Shown in pieces: positions 14,166-25,652 of a stretch of 64,000 nucleotides of DNA. Position 1 is the stretch's first letter. Each line of letters begins with the position of its first letter. The translations under genes were made by a program, and so were the position numbers. The notes under the pieces are model-generated. The model ran no database searches and was not told where the DNA came from. It saw only the letters and a program-made list of their open reading frames with translations. The DNA lies in the NCBI RefSeq assembly GCF_964355755.1, contig NC_092679.1, positions 6,788,201 through 6,852,200 of the forward strand, in the 5' to 3' direction. The stretch comes from Antedon mediterranea (taxonomy: Eukaryota; Animalia; Echinodermata).

Positions 14166-16099
14166 GATAAGTAAGTCCGTAAGAAAAAAGATTTTTTGGT
14201 TATATCAGGGAAGAGTTAAATTACAATTGTATCTCTTCCCTGGTTATATTATGTACCTCTCTATGGTTATTTGATAATATTATATAATATCTATCATCAA
14301 TACATCAATACGCTTCATCGTAAATAAAATAATTGTCTAAATACTAAATACGACAGGCTACCTATCGGTGGGCAGAGCACTAAGCCTATGATTAATTCGA
14401 CATTTTTATTCAAGATTTCGTTATATAGGCCTATATATTATTCACAATATATTATGTATTGTCTGTACGATGAAATAAAATTAAAGTAAAATCAGTAAAT
14501 GTGCCCTCATATTTTATTTGCTGAAATCATCAAACAAAAGTTTTTTTCTTTAGCGTCTGGCAAATTAAAATGAATCAACAGCGCGCTCTATAATGGTGTT
14601 AGGTGACTTCCTAGTTCAAAGTCTTGCCAAAATAGGAACTCGTAACGGTCCTTTGATATTACGTTAGGCTGCGACAAATGCCACAGGGTACTGCACTCCT
14701 AATCCTCCGTGGCACGCGGTATCTTTTAAGGGGCGTGGAACGCATCGTGTCTGTCGCAGCCATAAACCATTTGATCTCCGGTGCTTAGCATCCTCAGGGA
14801 AAAATTTCATTTTAAAATCTCGTTTAGCAATACTGTATTGCTAATCAAACTGATTTTTGAGTCGAGAAACAGTTTTCTATCGTATTTTTTGCTACACAAT
14901 TGTAGAAATGTGTAGCAAGAAGGTTCTTTTGTATAGCTTTTTGCTATGCTGGCGAAATTATTCCCTGATCCTCTTGTTAGATTGCCTTGGTGGTCAAAGG
15001 AGATCGGCTATGTGTGATAGAGAATGGTAATCTGACATGTGGATGGCTACAAACGTCATGACAAAGCATACTTTTTTATATTATTTATTTACTTTATACT
15101 TATTGCACCGTCTCAATAGACTGATATAAAAGGAGATTCAATAACGTTCACAATTCATTACCATCTTTTTAACTCATTAGATGAATTTAAATTTTGATTT
15201 TTTAATCGGGATACCATTTATGATAGTACTAATTAATAAATGATTGTTTCGACAGTTGTATAAGTTACCGTGCGAGAAGTTATGCACATAACGTAAATAT
15301 AATATTACTGTATTTATATTTAATTTAATATTTTAAAGATTTATAAAAAAATATAAGCCTATAACATAATCCGAAATTGATGCCTCATTAGTCTATTAGA
15401 GTAGTTTTAATTCAAAACTCAATTTCAAATTGTTGAAGTTTTAAATCGCGCATAACATACCAAAGAAAAGAAGCAACAGCACAAAGTAGTTCTTCTCACG
15501 AACAACAGGTGTTATGACGTAATAGTTAATACGTACATTTATTGATCAGCATTGATTAAGTGTAAATATCCGTCACAGTAAACAAAACCGCGAATTGCGC
15601 CTCGTATGATAATCGTTACGCCTCAATGAATTCATCCAGGAATTGAAAAACAACAAACCGCTCTCACTGCTTATTCGACACTGAGCAAGTGTAGATGTGC
15701 TTATTTTTAACAGCTTACTTTGCACACTTAACGCCTATTTTTAGCTCAGGTAAGTTCAGGTTTTAGCAATATATCTTAAGTAAATCCCGTTTACACTTTT
15801 GTATTTGTTATGAGTATTAAAACCAATGAAAACATCGGCTGGTTGCCATGCAATCAAACGTCTCCCATGGAGGGAAAGCAACTGGTAAAGTTTTGTTTAG
15901 GGTCCCATGGAGGGGGGTCCCAATGTAAGCTCAGTATTAAAGCAACCACTGTCCTGTGTGTGATGAGTTATGCAAGACAAAGGCTAAGATTCAGGTAGCC
16001 ATATTTTTTAGAAATTATTAAATGTACTGTACATGTTTTGTTTTCTTTTAAATTTTTTTTTTAGATTTTAAGAATCATGGGATTTATATATTATAACAC

Positions 16100-16430
16100 T
16101 TTTACTCGGGGTACCCGAGTCTAGGACTTACTCATTTTTTCCTCTTCTTCTTCTTCCATCTGGACACTATTGAGTAAAAAGTGCGATTTTTAAAGTACTA
16201 CTCCTCCCTTATTAGTTGTAGTATTGAGCTGGGATTTGGCATGAATATACTACAGGGATATGTCCTAAAATCTATAGAGCCGGATTTTTAAATTTCAAAC
16301 CGGATGCAGCCATATGACGTCTCGAAGATGGTACCAATAGCGGTATTTGGTAGGTGACGTTACATCCGGTCTTATGACGTCATTACAGCTTCTTTCGCTG
16401 TACCCCGAGTATTGCACATTCGCGCTTGTT
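16100..16430 (+). mobile_element. Helentron/HINE (DINE-1-like) non-autonomous element
   Basis: Begins in a T-run; subterminal inverted repeat TACTCGGGGTAC / GTACCCCGAGTA; 5' palindrome ACTCGGG..CCCGAGT; (CTT)n microsatellite; ends CTTGTT. Confidence 0.6.
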
Positions 16431-16773
16431 TGGGTTGTAATTATCTATAATTAAAGATATTCCAATCCAATGTCAAGGGATATATGTCCTTTAGTTACTT
16501 TTGGCTTACACACAGGTTAAGATTTTTTATACCTTCCAATAAAAAATAAACTTATCACAATTATCTTACTTATCAAGTACAATTTTCTTGACAATTAAAT
16601 TTATAACAAATTTATTAAAGTGTTTTTGACTGAACAGATTTAATATTTGAAATAACTGAAGTAGTAATGTCAACATACGAAATGAAATAACAATTTGGCG
16701 TGTTTGTTTTGTACTCCTGAGTGGATTCTTATTATTATTCTGCTGATATGCTTGTTGATATTTGATAGTATCC

Positions 16774-17687
16774 TGGGCGCTAGTTCCGTTTCGCACCTGT
16801 TTTTATTTCGACTTCCTTTTGACTCCAAATTGTTTTAAAGCAACTTATTGTGAATACTACACCTTAAAATTGGGCCTCATAAGTACTTTTATGGAGAAGA
16901 ATCACATAAAAAGTAACAAATAAATCCTTAAATTGATGATTTTACAGACATGTTTCTCGCATACCGTTCGCGAATTTAGCATACTCGAAGTTCAATATTT
17001 TTGTTTCTATGGAGCGCCAAAAGAGCAACAACAATAGATGGTTACAAACTCAGTGGAATGCGTCTTCTTATTATTTATTATTGAAATACACGTTTAATTT
17101 TAATATATTTTGTCAATAAAAATGCTTTAACATTTTACTGCTAATAATTTGCTGTTTTCAAATAGCAACCTACCCTAGGCCTTACTAAGAGTAAGACTAT
17201 CAGACTATTTAAGAGGAATATTATTTAGGCCTAGATCAGGTATACCCCTACAGCATGCAGTAATATGATGATGAATTTGTCGATTTTCATTCCTAAAAGT
17301 TCCTGCAAAAACCATGTACAGTATAAACAGTAATATTTTTGTTGCATTGACATTGACAAAATATGATAAAATTGAACGTAATTTTCACCAATAAATGCAT
17401 TAAATATACGCAATTTAATGAGTTTTTAGCCCTCTGTTATTATTGCTCTTTTGGCGCTCCATAGAAACAACAACATTGAACATGGAGTATGCGAAATTCA
17501 CAAACCGATGTGCGAGAAACACGTCTGTAAATTCATCAATTTAAAGGATTTATTTTTTACTTTTTGTGTGATCTCCTTCGTAAAAGTATTTTTGATGCCT
17601 AATTCTAAGGTGTGGTACTCACGATAAAGTTACTTAACCAATTTTGAGTCGAAATAAACGACAGGTGCGAAACGGAACTAGTGCCAA
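16774..17687. mobile_element. Foldback-like element with long (~260 bp) diverged inverted repeats
   Basis: GCGCTAGTTCCGTTTCGCACCTGT..TATGGAGCGCCAAAAGAGCAA is mirrored by TTGCTCTTTTGGCGCTCCATAG..ACAGGTGCGAAACGGAACTAGTGC. Confidence 0.8.
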
Positions 17688-18754
17688 AAGATCTTCAAGG
17701 TTCTTGCAATTGTGAAAAATACTAGTACAGTAGAACCAAGGAGATCCCACTTTGTATCTATCTATAGACAGACTATTAATATTACATCTTAGCATGACTC
17801 TCCTGTTAAAAAGAATCTTGGATGGATCCCATGCAGACCCTGACGTTATAGTGGTTAATGTTACCTTATTATTACCTTACATTAGTCGATTGTTACGTTA
17901 GTGGGTGATACAGACCCTACTTTAAGGTGGACACTTTTGGATCCAACTAAAAGTTTAGTATCCCCTTAAAGGGGTGTCCGCAGGATATGGATTAGTCAAA
18001 GTAAAATGTTTCTTAAGACCAATTTACACAGATGAGTGGTATGGTAAGCTGAAAAAAAATTATTTCTAATTATAACCTTTTACACAAAACGCGGAGCATA
18101 CCTGCTAACCTGCTCAGGATTATAGATTTTACATGGGACAAGCACATGATTTTTCGCTTACCGTTACCACTCGTCTATGTAAACTGGCCTTTATAGTTAG
18201 TAAAATAGGCGTGTCCTAAAGGAGACTGTTATATCCTCCTCTCCCCTCCCTTGCAAAATACAACAACAACATTGCACTGTCAGTGATATCATGCATCATC
18301 TCGTTAACTGATTGTGAGAGGTACGGTAATACTTATGTGTTCTTTGCAAGAAGTTGTGCAAACAGTGGTTTTACCATGACACCTTCCGGTACATTATGAT
18401 GATTATCTGTCAGCACTTACGTACAATGTCATTGTAATTGATGTTTACCGTTAATGTGAAGTTGCTTCGTAATTCAATCACACTTCAACTAACACCATTT
18501 TATAATTATATTGATATATTATTAACAGTACAGGTGTCCTGTTACCTAAACAATGATGTAGCCACAAGAAATAAAGTGGTGAGGTTAAAACATTATCAAC
18601 CGTACTGGTGGCTACGGCCATGCTCAACAACACCAATTGTGTTTTACAATGTTCCTGTTCAGCTTGATATTGTTTTGCTTGTCAGCTCTGCAGTTTTACT
18701 TCAATATTTGTAAAGCAGTAGTGCAGATCCCTCCTTTGGGACACCTCTATAAAT

Positions 18755-19338
18755 GGGACACTCTGCTGTAAAATGAATGTGGGACAATATCTTGTTACAC
18801 TATGTCTAACCTTTTAAGGGGATACTCTGCTGTAAAATGAATGTGGGACAATACCTTGTTACACTATGTCTAACCTTTTAAGGGGACACTCTGCTGTAAA
18901 ATGAATGTAGGACAATACCTTGTTACACTATGTCTAACCTTTTAAGGGGACACTCTGCTGTAAAATGAATGTGGGACAATACCTTGTTACACTATGTTTA
19001 ACCTTTTAAGGGGACACTGTAAAATGAATGTGGGACAATACCTTGTTACACTATGTCTAACCTTTTAAGGGGACACTCTGCTGTAAAATGAATGTGGGTC
19101 AATACCTTGTTACACTATGTCTAACATTTTAAGGGGACACTCTGCTGTCAAATGAATGTGGGACAATACCTTGTTACACTATGTCTAACCTTTTAAGGAG
19201 ACACTCTGCTGTAGTGTAAAATGAATGTGGGACAATACCTTGTTACACTATGTCTAACCTTTTAAGGGGACACTCTGCTGTAAAATGAATGTGGGACAAT
19301 ACATTGTTACACTATGTCTAACCTTTTAAGGGGACACT
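18755..19338. repeat. Tandem repeat, 64-bp unit, ~9 copies
   Basis: Unit GGGACACTCTGCTGTAAAATGAATGTGGGACAATACCTTGTTACACTATGTCTAACCTTTTAAG. Confidence 0.95.
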
Positions 19339-19968
19339 TTGTTAGGCCCCAAAGGCATCCTCTTAACAAGAGTTTTAGTAAGTACTAGAATTGATGAAAA
19401 TGTATGTTACTAAAAGTACTAAATTCATGCAAAAGTAATCAAGAAAAAAAAGATCTGTCAATTATAAGTTTAGTTGTATTTTAAATTGTCTGTAATTTGC
19501 CTTCCTGGCAATAATGTATTCTGTTCCCCCAAGACGTGAATGTTTTATAAATGATAATGATTTGCAGTACATCAATTATACTAAGTTTATAAATGACAGG
19601 TTTATAGTTGTTGAATAATTTTGTAATTGTGAGTTGTGAGAGTAAAATAAAACTACATTCAATCTACAGTAGAAAATATGTATTTGTATAATTATATACT
19701 GTATATATACTCATTAGGCAAAGAACATTAATTCTAAACAGCCCGGTGATATACTGAAATTTAAATAATTAATTTGAAACGATACAGATGAGGAAAATCT
19801 GTGAAAATGAGAAAAATTCATAGAAAGAGGGAACGTTATTTGTTACAAACATCATGCTTGCGCTATTATAACTAGACAATTTTACGTTACGTAACATTAT
19901 TAAAGCAAAATGTAAATGAGTTCACAGCACCTTCATTGAATTTACTCAATAGAGTCATACAGTATACA

Positions 19969-20246
19969 TTAAAGATGTATTGTCCCACAAAAACATGAAA
20001 AATGAAGATTAATTAATTTTGTAGTTTTAATAAAGTTAATTACTTCCGTAGAAAAAAAATAATGTTTTCACTTATAAAATGACAAAATAACAAAATAAAT
20101 GGTTAAATTTCACCAAAAACCATTGGCTGCCAGCCAATTTGACAATTTTTTGCTTTGAATTACAGTTTTTTCAGGTAAATACATTTTTTTTAATGGTATA
20201 TTAAAAAAAAAAGCATTTTTTTTTTTTTTAGGGGGACAATCTTTAA
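19969..20246. mobile_element. TTAA-flanked MITE family (Kolobok-like). Other copies ~21175-21471, ~31081-31332 and ~60951-61251 (the last interrupted by the Gypsy LTR)
   Basis: TTAAAGATGTATTGTCCC..GGGACAAT(ATA)TCTTTAA termini with a shared interior. Confidence 0.7.
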
Positions 20247-22273
20247 CGCAATGTCGTGTTATTAAGCAATATAAGCTTAGAAACTGTTATTAAAAGAATA
20301 CATTTGATATACTTCAAGTATAATTTAAAAGTGGGACAGTCGTGTATATACATGACTTGAATGAATATTAATAACAAAATCATATTTTACTGAATATTTC
20401 GTCAAATATAAAATGTCGCTTGGTTTTCTCTTCAGCTTTTGCATAGAATCTCATTTCAATTAGAAATTCTACCACTCTCCCAATTCATCTGGTATTTCCA
20501 AATGGAAACCTATTATTATATGCATTAGCTTAATTGGCTGCGGTTCTTTGAAGTTTTTTTTTATGTTTAATTTAAAAGTGCATGTTTCTACAGACTTGAA
20601 ATAAAAAATATTAAGGAATAAATTCATTTTTAATCATTAAAATATTATTTTATTTTTTAATATTTTTATTTATTAAATTATACAAATTGGAATGCACCGA
20701 AGTTGATTAAAATTCAGTTATATGCTCATATAATTCTTGCATAATTTGTTAACAATAAACTTTTAAAAATTATAAACAACAATTTTTATTGCTCAATTTG
20801 CATTTTAGAAATTAAAATTCTGAATTTTAAATGAAATGCATCCCATTAACATTTACAAAAACAGCATGACAATAACTGCATTATATTTTTTTAAATATTT
20901 AGTCATTATTTTAGATGGTGTTTTGTAATGCAGTAAATTATTCTAACCATGGATCAGGAATTCAGACAGACCCCATTGTGATGGTTGTAAAAGACCAAGA
21001 TAATCAATTGTTACACATTGTGACTGGGTTATACATGATTGTTGTAAAGGAACCATTTAAAAATTATTCTACTGCAGTTACTGCAGTAACTATATCAATT
21101 TATCCACTTTATGACATTAAGCCTGTAATGTTTTTGGTGTTTTACATACCTCTCTATGACAAGCAAAATGCATTTTAAAGATTGTCTGGTTGTCTCCCCA
21201 AAAAACATGAAAAATAATCACTTCCCTAGAAAAAAAACCCAGAAAAATGTAATGTTTTAATTTTTCACTTAACTCATAAAATGAAATGGTTAAATTCAAC
21301 CAAAACCCCATTGGCTTGCAGCCAATTTGACTATTTTTTTGCTTTAAATTACAGTTTTTTAGGTATACTGTATATTTTTTTCCTGATCCAATTTGGTCAA
21401 AGTGGATATCTATTAGTTGACACTAAAATGGCGTATTGAAAAAAAAAATTAAGGGGGCAATATATCTTTAAGCCATCTTTATAGGTTTGAAATTAAAAAA
21501 ATTGAATTAATATAGAATTGACCTCAACTACTTTACCATCAATGGTACTTCATTTTAAGCAAAAAACACATACAGAATAGTGGTACAGTACAGAATTGAA
21601 TATATAATACCATTGATAAAAGTGTAAAATCTCATTTGTAATACTTTTCACATTTTGAGTCCTTGAAATAATAATTGATGAATACTTTTAGTGTATCAGC
21701 AGCAGCAATTGAAATTGGACAAATAATTTGTTCCATTCCTGTCGATGATGATGATGACGTTTGGTGCAGGTGGGAGGTTTTCTGCCATTTATTTGCCATA
21801 GACCCAGTTTTTAATGACTTACATTTATATTGCTAGGCCATTGGGATGTTGTTGTTATTATGATACTGTTTAGTTACTATTTTCTTTGTGTCTTTTATAA
21901 GGATTTTGAGATTTTTAGTTTTTTATAGGAAAAAGAAAAAAAAATTGAGAAGCATAGATGATGACCTACTGTGTTGTATTTACCTTTTGACACTTTTATT
22001 AATTAACAAAAATATTAAGATACGTTAAATATTACTAGCAGCCAATTTACTAAAAGTATTAATCAACCAAAACTGAATTTCTTTTTTAATCTGTTTTGTT
22101 TTTTTAAATTTAAGTGAAAGATTATTTGAAGTGTTTTACTGTTATTCAATGCCAAAGGAAATCATAATTCCGGTTGTAACAACTCAGACGAAATACAAAC
22201 ATCTTATTTTGTATCCATTTACTGTACTATACTCTTACTGTACTATATTTTTTTGTGTTTTTTAAATTATAAA

Positions 22274-22450
22274 TTCACTTGCACTGATGAAGGGCTAGTA
22301 TTGCCCGAAAGCTCTGCTAATTTTTCTGGCTGTTTTACTTTATCGTTTTGATTTTAGCTTTTCGCTTTTTTTTTGTATCTCCATTGAGATCCAGCCACTG
22401 ATACCCACAGCATTGTCATTTTTTCAGTAATTTGCCTTTTGATTTATATA
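22274..22450 (+). mobile_element. Penelope-like element pseudo-LTR remnant with a minimal hammerhead ribozyme (22281-22317). Inverted copy 23890-24228; partial copy 27436-27670
   Basis: GCA CTGATGA A GGGC tagtatt GCCC GAAA GC TC TGC; the dispersed copies share about 170 bp. Confidence 0.7.
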
Positions 22451-23653
22451 TACAAATCAGGCACAATCTTCTTTAAACAGAAAAAGCTTATCGGAGATAA
22501 TATCATTTATTTATTTAATTAATTATGATAGTAGATAAATAAGAAATTATGTTCCTATTGCTACTGTACACTACCAAAAAAATTCCCTGTAACTAAATTG
22601 ATTCATTTTCATTCATTCATATTCGTATTTATGTAGATTGTACATTTATTAATATTAAAATGTGACTTTAGTTGATCGTCTCACAACATTTATGCTATTA
22701 GAGTTTCTAAAAAAATATTTTAAATTATATCAAGTGTATTCATTATAATACAATCTAATATTTACCAGCGTTCAATTATTGTGATAATGTTTGCATTAAT
22801 GCCACACACCATTAACTTGCAAATTATTTTTTATATTGAAATTGACAATTATTTTCCTGCACATAATTGTCAGTGCAATAAATATATGCATAATCTGTAA
22901 TATAATATAGAATCTCTATTAAGGGGACCAAACAAAGTATCCGTTTGTGGATGTCTCCTGATTAGAAGGGTCCAGTGATTTTTGTTTATGGGAATAGTTT
23001 TTACTTAGGGAAAAATGGCTCTGTATTGACAAATTCTTTTATTTTAATTAATAATTAAGGCTTGTTTATTATAATTATAAATAAACAATGATAAATTAAA
23101 AAATAATGACAGAAACAAACTACAGAAAACAAAAGAAATGTTCATTCTAAAACAATATGGTAACCATTTTATACTATCTTTAAAAAAAAAGGGGGGGGGG
23201 GGGGGTTTGGATAAAATGTTTATTTATAATCATTTGTTGTCGTCCTAGTATAAATAGGTCTTTTACGTGGGCAGCGAAAAAAGTGTTCACTCATTCCTGG
23301 TATGGGCTAGATCTCTCTTACACAGAATTGGGTATGTCCAAAACAAAGTAATACCTTTCGGAATCTAGGTTCAGATATTCAACTAGAGTAGACCACAAAT
23401 AATCAATTCCAATTGCAATCAGGATAATATAGAAAATTTCAATTACCATAATCAATGTTGACTTAGAAGAAAAATCTCAATCGAATATAATATAAAGACT
23501 AAATGCACTCATATGAATTACAAATTAATATTGAGAATCGATCTGTGATTGCAATCGTGACCCTATTGCGTCATTGACTGATAATCTATAAATTGTCATG
23601 TAAATACTGCAATATATTGAATTAAAATAGGGACACCTACGGGACCAAACAAA

Positions 23654-23822
23654 GTGTCCCCTTAATGGGAGTGTCCCTTAATATGGGAGTGTCCCTTAAT
23701 ATGGGAGTGCCCCTTAATATGGGAGTGCCCCTTAATATGGGAGTGTTTCCTTAATGGGAGTGTCCCTTAATATGGGATTGTCCCCTTAATGGGAGTGCCC
23801 CTTAATATGGGAGTCCCCTGAA
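23654..23822. repeat. Minisatellite (CCCTTAATATGGGAGTG-type, 17-19 bp)
   Basis: Tandem array directly visible. Confidence 0.9.
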
Positions 23823-25523
23823 TAGTGGAATCACAAAGGAGGGATGTCTACAAATGATGTGTATACTCAAAATTGTACATAAATCCATAGGAAAATTACT
23901 GAAAAAATGACAATGCTGTGGGTATCAGTGTCTGGATCTCAAAGATACAAAAAAAAAAGCGAAAAGCTAAATCAAAATGATAAAGTAAAACCAGTGAAAA
24001 ATTTCATTAAAAAATTTTGTTTAGCAAAATTGCTAATCAAACTGATTGTTGAGTCGAGAAACATAGTTTTGTATTGCATTTTTTGCTACACAATTTGCGA
24101 AATGTGTAGCAATAAGGTTGTTTTGTATAGCTTTTTGCTATTCTACACTGGCGAAATTATTCCCTGAAAACAGCCAGGAAAATTAGCAGAGCTTTTGGGC
24201 AACACTAGCCCTTCATCAGTGCAAGTGAAGGAATTTGTAACGTCAAAATTGTACATATAGTTAAATACAGATGCCAATTGTCCGATTAAGATTTGTAATA
24301 AGACTTTGTTTGTGTAGAGCATCTTGTGTATATATTTGTATTTGTGATTATTTAGGGGAAGGCCGCTTTATTAGCTACTAGCCTAAATGGCTAGCTGACC
24401 TCTCTCTTCAAACTTTCATAAAAAAATTGTTTAAATGTTGTTTAAACATGCATGCTCTCCTTAATACATTAATCCCTTAGATGATAGAATAGATGATATT
24501 AGAGGATATATAAACTTAAATCCCAAAATATATTATAAGTTTACACAGAAAAACTGTAAGCTACAGAGTGTTAGTACATCTGTAGGAACTAGTAAAGAAA
24601 ATAAGAAACAATAATAATATGATATGTAATAAAAAATGACTCTTGGGTATCAGATATTCATTTTCATACCAGCATAATAATAACATTTTTATTTTATGAA
24701 CCAAAAATCAAAGATAAATAATAATGGATGATACTGGATATGAAAGTTAATAACTTTTGAATATTGGATTGTGTTTGATTATGGTGGTAGGGGCTTAAAG
24801 TTATCATTATTATTGCATAGTGGGTTTATAAATGAATCAGCTTGATAATTTATACAGACTTCGCTCTCGTTTGTTCATACTAATTATTATCCAGGGAGTT
24901 GTAATCTCTTCCAAAGACAACTATTTACAACGCTCAATCAATCAAAGTTAATAATGAACAATAAATCACAATTAATAATTCAATCATTAGTCTAATGATG
25001 TGATTTATATTATGGATGGACCTCACGTCATACAGACGTCAGTCTTTCAATTCAATTACTGTGTTGATGCTAAATATTTGTTTGTTGTTTGAATACAATT
25101 ACTTGTTGGAAACATAAATATGCTTTATGCTGGCCTAGTTCTAGATAATTTGGTGTTATCATAGAGGGTCTATTTACCTTCATGGTGTAATGTTTGTGAA
25201 AAGAAAAACACATTGTTTCATATGTGTAAGATATGAGAATCTTAACAAACAAAATCGAAATATTGACTGGTAGACAACAACATAAAAAAAGTCTAGGTTC
25301 TAGATGGATTCAGTTTAATTTTAAAATATCATGAACCTCTGCTTGGGAACTAAGGTCTTTTGGGATGTGAAGGCTACATTCAGCATAATCTCTAAAGATA
25401 AGTCACTCAGTGCTGGAAAATTAATGACCAAACTTTAGTTGTTGGTTGCACTGTACTTGGTAATTTTTATGATATTTGAAAATTTCTTTTTTTTTATCAT
25501 AGAATTCTGAATAAGGAATTGAA

Positions 25524-25652
25524 ATGGGAAATGCAAATTCCACTGGATCGAGTTCCTCAGGAGGCAAGAAGGTTCGGACAAACATGATGTTTGGCGGTAA
25601 AAAAAGTGGAGGCGGAAATACCAAGTCTAAACCTAAGAAGCCAGGCATCTGA
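25524..25652 (+). CDS. Candidate 42-aa microprotein MGNANSTGSSSSGGKKVRTNMMFGGKKSGGGNTKSKPKKPGI
   Basis: Polypyrimidine acceptor ending at 25502, 21 nt upstream of the ATG; good Kozak context aaaATGG; MGxxxS N-myristoylation motif; GC-richer than the flanks. Confidence 0.55.
   Translation: MGNANSTGSSSSGGKKVRTNMMFGGKKSGGGNTKSKPKKPGI

Noticed and set aside
18755-19338. CRISPR-like appearance of the regular repeats (also 29105-29272 and 5882-6670)
   Set aside because: Head-to-tail units without unique spacers, no cas genes, eukaryotic context.
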